32,000 nt of DNA, taken from the NCBI RefSeq assembly GCF_008189405.1, contig NZ_CP043316.1:300001-332000 (forward strand). Reading direction: 5' to 3'. The position numbers and the translations under genes were made by a program. The notes under the pieces were generated by a model, which worked only from the letters and a program-made list of their open reading frames with translations, had not been told where the DNA came from and made no database searches. This DNA comes from Candidatus Saccharimonadota bacterium. GTDB taxonomy: Bacteria; Pseudomonadota; Alphaproteobacteria; CAJXXZ01; 1604HC. Shown here in pieces: positions 26,180-32,000 of this stretch (position 1 is the first letter of the stretch; each line of letters opens with the position of its first letter).

Positions 26180-26761
26180 TTATGAATCATTATTAATTTC
26201 ATAGCAATTTAAATAAGTGATTGGCACCCCCCAAATAGGTTTACAAAATATCTTTTTCATACCATAATTTGAAGATTTAATACGAACAAATGGGGTGTAG
26301 GAAACATGCAGCATTTTCCCATGATTTAAATTCATTATTTTAACACATGAGTTTATTATTGCATTTGTAATAGATTTATTTATAGATAAAAAAGGAATTG
26401 ATGAAACAATGATCTCTACTTTATTTAATAAATCATGATCAATATAGCGTTCTAATTCAGCAGCACTTTGATTAATTATAGATAATTCTGGAAATTTACT
26501 ATGTAAAATATTACATAATTCTTTATCAATTTCTATACAAATAATTCTTTTATTAATTTTTTCATTTTGGTATAAAAATTTTGTCAGAGCACCAGATCCG
26601 CTCCCAATTTCTAGTATATATCCGTTATCTGAAATCTCTGGCATATTATCTATTAATTTTTTCCCTACTTTTGGTGACAGAGGTAAAAATGTCCCCATCC
26701 TACTAGGATTTTTTATCCATCTCTTTGCAAATTTTATATTCTCTTTACTAAAAATAGACAT
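26180..26761 (-). CDS. Class I SAM-dependent methyltransferase, second tandem PmtA-like paralog
   Basis: FAKRWIKNPSRMGTFLPLSPKVGK, YILEIGSGSGALTK, ICIEIDKEL..IL...FPE and SSIPFLS are collinear with the neighbouring methyltransferase. The C-terminal PPA motif is replaced (WGVPITYLNCY). Confidence 0.6.
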   Translation of the reverse strand: MSIFSKENIKFAKRWIKNPSRMGTFLPLSPKVGKKLIDNMPEISDNGYILEIGSGSGALTKFLYQNEKINKRIICIEIDKELCNILHSKFPELSIINQSAAELERYIDHDLLNKVEIIVSSIPFLSINKSITNAIINSCVKIMNLNHGKMLHVSYTPFVRIKSSNYGMKKIFCKPIWGVPITYLNCYEINNDS

Positions 26762-26858
26762 GAGCTTATTTTAACTCAAAGAACCATTCTAATCTAGGTT
26801 TGAGCTTATATTATGATAAATTGCAAAAGATTCATATAATTCTTATATAAATTAGTAA

Positions 26859-28301
26859 TTAGTTTGATTTTTTCTCTATCTTTAAATTCAAAGCATTAAA
26901 ATATAAATTCATATCTACAGATTCACAAGATAATAACAGAATTTTAGCAATATGCTCCTGTTGTATTGTTCTTTTGATTTCTTGTATAATTTCATGATTT
27001 TGCAAATCATCATATGTGTTATATGCATTTTTTTGATTCACTTTATAACTACTTTTATTTTCTAAATATATATTTATGAGTTGTTGTATATCTATTATTG
27101 CATTGTTTTGAAATATTTCATGCTTATCAATCAATTCATTATATTCAATAGAATTTTTACACTGTTCTATAAAATCATTATATTCATTCATAAACCTATC
27201 AATACATTTAGAATGCTGGTTAGCATATGTAACATTGTTTTGTTTGGAATCATGCAAATCAATCACATAATAACTATCAAGTGCTATATAATCATCAATA
27301 TACTCACTTAGATATAGCAGTTGAGATCTAATACTACATAAAATAATTTCTAATATATTATTATGTTGTGATTGACCATTAGATGCTTTTATTATATTTA
27401 AAATCAAAAAACTTACTTTAATATTATGAATGATCGTATTAAATTTATATGTCATATCATATGCTTTGCTACAATTCACCTTAATCATCTTTTCATAACC
27501 TATTTTAGATTTAATTGAATTTTGTTGGAGTTTTTTATACTTTGCATACATATTATTATCTACATCAGAAATAATATTTGTTTCTTGTGATGCTAATACA
27601 CTGTCACTCACTATATTTTTCATATTATTTTGATTAATATTTTTTAATTCTTTAAAATTAAATAAAGAAAAACATTGGAAAGCATTAATAATATTTTCAC
27701 ATAAAGTTCCTTCTTCTACTTTAATTAAGCAAAGTGAACTTATTATTTGTTGATTTTTTATATTTTCACACACTATACTATAAATAATCTCTATATCTTT
27801 TTCAGTAATTTGAATATATTTAACTTTCCTTTCTAAAATTAATAAAATTGTCTCTAAATCAGATATTCCCGTAGCTATTTCTATTTCATAATGCATTTTA
27901 ATACTTTCAATTGCAGAAGCCTTTTGATCTGATTTTATAGAATTTTTAATTATATTCGTAAGGTTTGAAATTGAAATTGCATAGTACAATTTATCTCTTG
28001 ACACATTTGAACTCTTTAATAGTTTGGTTTGCTCTTCTGTAAGTTCAATACATTCACCCAAAGAAAAAAAATGATCAATACTTTTATCATATTCTTTAAT
28101 AATATTTAATAAATAATTAGATTTACCATTTGGATTCTGAATAAACAATGCAGAAGCATCGATATTTTTACCTGAATATTTTTCAAGATTGTGCTCCTGA
28201 AAAAATGATTCAATTGCTCTATCAACAGTTTCATTAATATTTACCTTAGCATTTAATATAAGCACAACAAACAAACTGATAATAATATTATACATATACA
28301 T
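26859..28301 (-). CDS. Exported protein of unknown function (480 aa). It is a tandem paralog of 28420..29598.
   Basis: There is an N-terminal hydrophobic signal (IIISLFVVLILNA|KVNINETV). The first ~215 aa are collinear with the neighbouring ORF: INETV..A.ESFFQE.NL.KY.G....ALFIQ.......NYLLNI, LGEC.ELT.EQT..LK, YAISISNL..IIKNS.K..QKAS...SIKMH, I.ITE.D, EGTL. The C-terminus is unrelated. Confidence 0.75.
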   Translation of the reverse strand: MYMYNIIISLFVVLILNAKVNINETVDRAIESFFQEHNLEKYSGKNIDASALFIQNPNGKSNYLLNIIKEYDKSIDHFFSLGECIELTEEQTKLLKSSNVSRDKLYYAISISNLTNIIKNSIKSDQKASAIESIKMHYEIEIATGISDLETILLILERKVKYIQITEKDIEIIYSIVCENIKNQQIISSLCLIKVEEGTLCENIINAFQCFSLFNFKELKNINQNNMKNIVSDSVLASQETNIISDVDNNMYAKYKKLQQNSIKSKIGYEKMIKVNCSKAYDMTYKFNTIIHNIKVSFLILNIIKASNGQSQHNNILEIILCSIRSQLLYLSEYIDDYIALDSYYVIDLHDSKQNNVTYANQHSKCIDRFMNEYNDFIEQCKNSIEYNELIDKHEIFQNNAIIDIQQLINIYLENKSSYKVNQKNAYNTYDDLQNHEIIQEIKRTIQQEHIAKILLLSCESVDMNLYFNALNLKIEKKSN

Positions 28302-28419
28302 AGTATAATTATAACATTAAAATTTAAAAATCAATAATATTTCTGATTCAATATTTAGTGTTTTAGTATTTGGGAGTTTATAACAAAAAATAATAGGTGA
28401 TCATATGACCTATCAGAAT

Positions 28420-29598
28420 TTACTGAATAAGTTTTTGTATATCATTTAATTTTTTCTTGGCAACTTCAAGTGCTTTTTTCATTTCTAATACTGTGATTTT
28501 CGCTTCTGTATTCTGACCTTCAAGATTAGGTTTATCTGCATCACTTGCATGATTCAAATTATATCCTGCTATTTTTTCTTGTTTTTCACTTATATTTAGA
28601 TTCAATTCTGCAATTGATAATTCACATGCTACAACTTCCTTCTGTGCATTTTGATATTTTGTATTATTTATATTACGATCATTTGGTTTGATTTTATTTA
28701 TTGCACTTTTCAAATTAATTAATTTTTTTTCTTTTTCAGCTATAAATTGTTTATCATTTTCTATATTAACTTCTATATTATTAATATCTTCAGCACTTAG
28801 ATTTTCTTCTGAAACAGTCTCAATAGGAGTTATTTTTGGTGATTCTGTCCCTTCATGATCTTCTAATGATGATTCTTTTTCATTATCTGATTCAGTCACA
28901 GTCTTGAATGAATTTAATACATCAAAAACTTCTTGTTCATCTAAGTTTCCATCAAAACTCTTCTCTTTAAAAGAATCAAAAAAACCAATTACAATGCTTG
29001 CCAAAGTTCCTTTTTCGGCACCTTTCTCAATAATTTCACTCACTTCTTCTTTTGATACTTGTAACCCTGCAAATAATTTTACATCCTCTTCAGTAATTTT
29101 AATTTCATTAGCAAGAATTGTATCATCTGATGCTAATGACTTAACCACATCTTCATTAGATAGTTTTTGAGCATCTTTTATCTCATCATGCATTTTAATA
29201 CTATCAACTACAGAAGCTTTTTGTTCTATTTTTTTAGAATTTTTAATAATATCTACAAGATTGCTAATTGAAATTGCATAACTTAATTCATTTTTTGAAG
29301 TTTTAGCATTTTTTAATGCTTCTGTTTGCTCTTGTGTTAATTCAACGCACTCTCCTAAAGCAAAGTCACCAATTGCATTATCGCTTTTATTAATATTCAA
29401 TAAATAATTAGTTTTTTTATCTGCACTTTGAATAAATAGTGCAACAGCATCAACACCTTTATATTTCTTAAGATTGTCTTCTTGAAAAAATGATTCAACC
29501 GCTTTATTAACTGTTTCATTAATGTCTACTTTTGCATATAAAGAAGCAAGCAATAAACCACCTAATAATATATTATTTTTGTTCATGATTACATACAT
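28420..29598 (-). CDS. Exported protein of unknown function (392 aa). It is a tandem paralog of 26859..28301, with an acidic linker and a C-terminal coiled coil.
   Basis: The signal peptide is clearest from the internal ATG at 29586 (MNKNNILLGGLLLASLYA|KVDINETV). It shares the N-terminal module with the 480-aa protein. The C-terminal half has an acidic stretch (TESDNEKESSLEDHEGTESPKITPIETVSEENLSAEDINNIE) followed by Lys/Glu heptad-like sequence. Confidence 0.75.
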   Translation of the reverse strand: MYVIMNKNNILLGGLLLASLYAKVDINETVNKAVESFFQEDNLKKYKGVDAVALFIQSADKKTNYLLNINKSDNAIGDFALGECVELTQEQTEALKNAKTSKNELSYAISISNLVDIIKNSKKIEQKASVVDSIKMHDEIKDAQKLSNEDVVKSLASDDTILANEIKITEEDVKLFAGLQVSKEEVSEIIEKGAEKGTLASIVIGFFDSFKEKSFDGNLDEQEVFDVLNSFKTVTESDNEKESSLEDHEGTESPKITPIETVSEENLSAEDINNIEVNIENDKQFIAEKEKKLINLKSAINKIKPNDRNINNTKYQNAQKEVVACELSIAELNLNISEKQEKIAGYNLNHASDADKPNLEGQNTEAKITVLEMKKALEVAKKKLNDIQKLIQ

Positions 29599-29746
29599 AG
29601 CATACTTAGATATTAAAAATCAACTTTTTTTTAATATTTATTAAAGTTTTGCCATCCATTACATTAATTTGCATGTAAAATGATGGATTATTTAGTGATT
29701 TGCATATGATTTTTAATTAAACATATTATTTAATGAATGAAGCACA

Positions 29747-30172
29747 TTATTTGATTCCTGTAGAGCCAAATCCACCTCGATCATTCAATTCTATATCTCC
29801 AGATTGTAATTTATATGAATTCAACTTATTAATAATCATTTGCGCGATTCTAAAATATGGTTCAACTATGAATTCTGCATCACTAAAATTAATCAAAATC
29901 ACTTTAACTTCTTTCCTATAATCTGAATCAATTGTTCCTGGTGAGTTTAATACACAAACTCCATTTTTATATGCTAACCCAGATCTAGACCTAATTTGAG
30001 CTTCATGCATTTCAGGTAATTCTATACAAAATCCTGTTGGAATCAACACTCTTTGCATTGGCTTGATAGTCACATTTTCATCTATACTAGCATATAAATC
30101 AAAACCTGCACTTTCAGCAGTTGCTTGAATAGGCATGCATTTATTATTTAGTAATTTTATATTTATTTTCAT
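29747..30172 (-). CDS. dut: dUTP diphosphatase
   Basis: AESAGFDLYA, RSRSGLA.KNG, PGTIDSDYRKE and the C-terminal RGGFGSTG are the five dUTPase motifs, in order. Confidence 0.95.
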   Translation of the reverse strand: MKINIKLLNNKCMPIQATAESAGFDLYASIDENVTIKPMQRVLIPTGFCIELPEMHEAQIRSRSGLAYKNGVCVLNSPGTIDSDYRKEVKVILINFSDAEFIVEPYFRIAQMIINKLNSYKLQSGDIELNDRGGFGSTGIK

Positions 30173-30239
30173 GAAAAAATTATAGCAAAATCTTCTATTG
30201 AATCATAATCTTACTTCTATAAAATTTATGAACAATCCT

Positions 30240-30803
30240 TCAAATAGAATAAAAATATATCCCAAAACTATACAGCGAGCTAATCATTGAAAACCATAAA
30301 ATATAATTACCAATTTGTGCAAATCCAACAATCAATAAAGATATACTAACCATTTGCGCAAATGTAGTAAACTTACCAAATGAATTTACAATAATATTTT
30401 TGTGTTTCACTTCATTCACATAATTTCTAATGAAGTACATAGCTAAATTCCTAGAAACTATAACATATATCGGAACCACATTAACCCCTCTTACAATTTG
30501 ATTTTGTACCAAAGCAATAGATATAGATGTAATGAGAAACTTATCTGCAAATGAATCAAAATGTTGTCCAAATTTAGATGAAAGCTTATATAATCTTGCA
30601 GTATATCCGTCAAAAAAATCAGAAGTACATGCAGCAATAAAACATACACATGCATATATTGATAATTCATAAGAAATTAATACACAAATTATAGGAGCTA
30701 TAATTATACGAAATATTGTAATTGCATTGGGTAAAGACATAGCATTATTCTTATCCAGCATTAAAGAAAAATCAATCAGAATTTTCAAAACAACTAAATG
30801 CAA
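30240..30803 (-). CDS. pgsA: CDP-diacylglycerol--glycerol-3-phosphate 3-phosphatidyltransferase (CDP-alcohol phosphatidyltransferase family)
   Basis: LPNAITIFRI starts the conserved region. The family motif D-x2-DG-x2-AR-x8-G-x3-D-x3-D reads DFFDGYTARLYKLSSKFGQHFDSFADK. The likely true start is the internal ATG at 30740 (MSLPNAIT). Confidence 0.85.
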   Translation of the reverse strand: MHLVVLKILIDFSLMLDKNNAMSLPNAITIFRIIIAPIICVLISYELSIYACVCFIAACTSDFFDGYTARLYKLSSKFGQHFDSFADKFLITSISIALVQNQIVRGVNVVPIYVIVSRNLAMYFIRNYVNEVKHKNIIVNSFGKFTTFAQMVSISLLIVGFAQIGNYILWFSMISSLYSFGIYFYSI

Positions 30804-30968
30804 ATAAATATGGCTTTAATTCTTCTTAAGGTTTTCTATTTCTATTTAAGAATTTACATATATTATGTTTTCTCTGCTATACTTTGCATGATTTATTTAT
30901 ATATTTCACATGCGACCATTTACGCTTCTTCTATTCATATTAATTAATTCTATTATAATATTAGATAG

Positions 30969-31961
30969 TTAGTGTTGTTCAAAAAAATTGATTTTCATAG
31001 CGCTTCTTACATTTTTCATTGTGCGCACTGCAACTTCTCTTGCTTTTTTTGTCCCTGATAATAGGATATTTTTCATATCAGCATCATTTAATGCATTTCT
31101 TCTTTCTCTAATAGGGGCGATGAAATCTTGCAATGTTTGATTTAACAGCTTTTTCAATTTCACATCACCTAGCCCACCTTTTGCATAATGAGCTTTTAGA
31201 TCTTCTAGGTGGTTTTTATCCTCATAAAACGCATCTAAATATTCAAAAACAACATTACCTTCAACCTTTCCTGGATCACTAACATGTATATGATTTGGGT
31301 CTGTATACATTTCAAAAACTTTACGCCTTATCTCTTCTTCTGAATCTGACAGAATAATTGCATTACCCAAAGATTTGCTTGCTTTAGCCTTACCATCAAT
31401 ACCAACCAATCTTTGCGTATTACTTAGAACTGCTTTAGCTTCTTTCACAATTCCTTCACCATAAGTTGCAGAAAACTTCCTTACAATTTCATTTGTTTGT
31501 TCAATCATAGGGATCTGATCATTTCCCACAGGCACAAAATCAGCTTGAAATATCGTGATATCTGCTGCCTGACTTACTGGATAGCATAAAAATCCCATAG
31601 GCAATGAATTTTCATAATTCTTTTGTTGAATTTCAGTCTTTACAGTTGGGTTTCTCTCTAAACGACCTAAGGTCACTAAATTCATATAATAAAATGTTAA
31701 CTCTGTTAGCTCTGGAATTGCAGATTGCAGTAGGAAAGTAGTTTTGTCTGGATTTAATCCAATAGAAATATAATCTTTCATAACTTCTAAGATATTTGTT
31801 GATATAATATCTGCATTATTATCTGTCATGGCTTGTAAATCAGCAATCATCACATACTGTTCATGCTTTTCCTGTAATTCAACACGTGATTTTAAAGATC
31901 CAACATAATGCCCTAAGTGCAATTTACCAGTTGGTCTATCTCCTGTTAGAATAATACTCAT
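30969..31961 (-). CDS. trpS: Tryptophanyl-tRNA synthetase
   Basis: TGDRPTGKLHLGHYVGS (HIGH), GNDQ and KASKSLGN (KMSKS) are present. The length and overall layout are typical of bacterial TrpRS. Confidence 0.95.
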   Translation of the reverse strand: MSIILTGDRPTGKLHLGHYVGSLKSRVELQEKHEQYVMIADLQAMTDNNADIISTNILEVMKDYISIGLNPDKTTFLLQSAIPELTELTFYYMNLVTLGRLERNPTVKTEIQQKNYENSLPMGFLCYPVSQAADITIFQADFVPVGNDQIPMIEQTNEIVRKFSATYGEGIVKEAKAVLSNTQRLVGIDGKAKASKSLGNAIILSDSEEEIRRKVFEMYTDPNHIHVSDPGKVEGNVVFEYLDAFYEDKNHLEDLKAHYAKGGLGDVKLKKLLNQTLQDFIAPIRERRNALNDADMKNILLSGTKKAREVAVRTMKNVRSAMKINFFEQH

Positions 31962-32000
31962 TAAAATATTCTATAATTTTCACCTATTTATTTATATAAC

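Noticed and set aside
30819-30854. Possible hairpin (AATTCTT ... AAGAATT) between trpS and pgsA, and an AAAGCT/AGCTTT pair near 9013..9050, considered as intrinsic terminators
   Set aside because: The stems are only 6-7 bp and AT-rich, the loops exceed 20 nt, and there is no clear downstream U-tract in the correct orientation. They are indistinguishable from background.
1-32000. tRNA, rRNA, CRISPR arrays, IS elements/transposases, and integrase-flanked islands
   Set aside because: I scanned all intergenic spacers, the longest being about 250 nt. None has the GC-enriched cloverleaf-like composition of tRNAs, no spaced direct repeats are visible, and the only recombinase is a XerC/D-type housekeeping enzyme. 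A tRNAscan/Infernal run would be needed for certainty about small RNAs.
1-32000. Alternative genetic code (e.g. UGA=Trp), as in some highly reduced AT-rich bacteria
   Set aside because: All conserved genes are intact under the standard code. Conserved Trp positions (e.g. WPN, FWQF, NYW) are encoded by TGG, and I saw no conserved gene interrupted by an in-frame TGA.

Overview
This is a strongly AT-rich window (the first 60 nt contain 16 G/C) with tight gene packing and about 30 protein-coding genes. I found no rRNA, tRNA, CRISPR array or transposase.

The gene content points to an obligate intracellular alphaproteobacterium of the Rickettsiales/Holosporales type. This placement is an inference. 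It rests on four things: an ATP/ADP translocase fragment at the left edge that the ORF track missed, a class I lysyl-tRNA synthetase, an alpha-type SerC, and a partial Mrp antiporter.

Most of the window is housekeeping:
- Envelope and transport: mlaEFD, mrpBCD-like, pgsA.
- Division and recombination: ftsB-like, xerC/D, era.
- Metabolism: accA, tal, rpiB, amn, rpe, hemW, serC, dut.
- Translation: lysK, trpS.

Two sets of unrecognisable Sec-signal-bearing paralogs stand out as the best candidates for something undescribed:
- Two giant proteins of 1248 aa and 833 aa (10183..13929 and 19525..22026, both minus strand). They share a Cys-containing N-terminal domain and collinear C-terminal patches. 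The larger copy carries an extra helical cassette of about 400 aa. Both have canonical Shine-Dalgarno sites, which were absent upstream of most other genes I checked.
- A tandem pair of 480 aa and 392 aa proteins (26859..29598). They share an N-terminal module of about 215 aa and have unrelated C-termini.

The tandem pair sits in an accessory-looking block (23354..29598) together with an orphan ORF, a MarR regulator with a 10-bp inverted repeat in its divergent promoter, a BirA-like protein that appears to lack the GRGRxGR loop, and two tandem PmtA-like SAM methyltransferases.

All functional calls come from motif recognition by eye. No database search was run.
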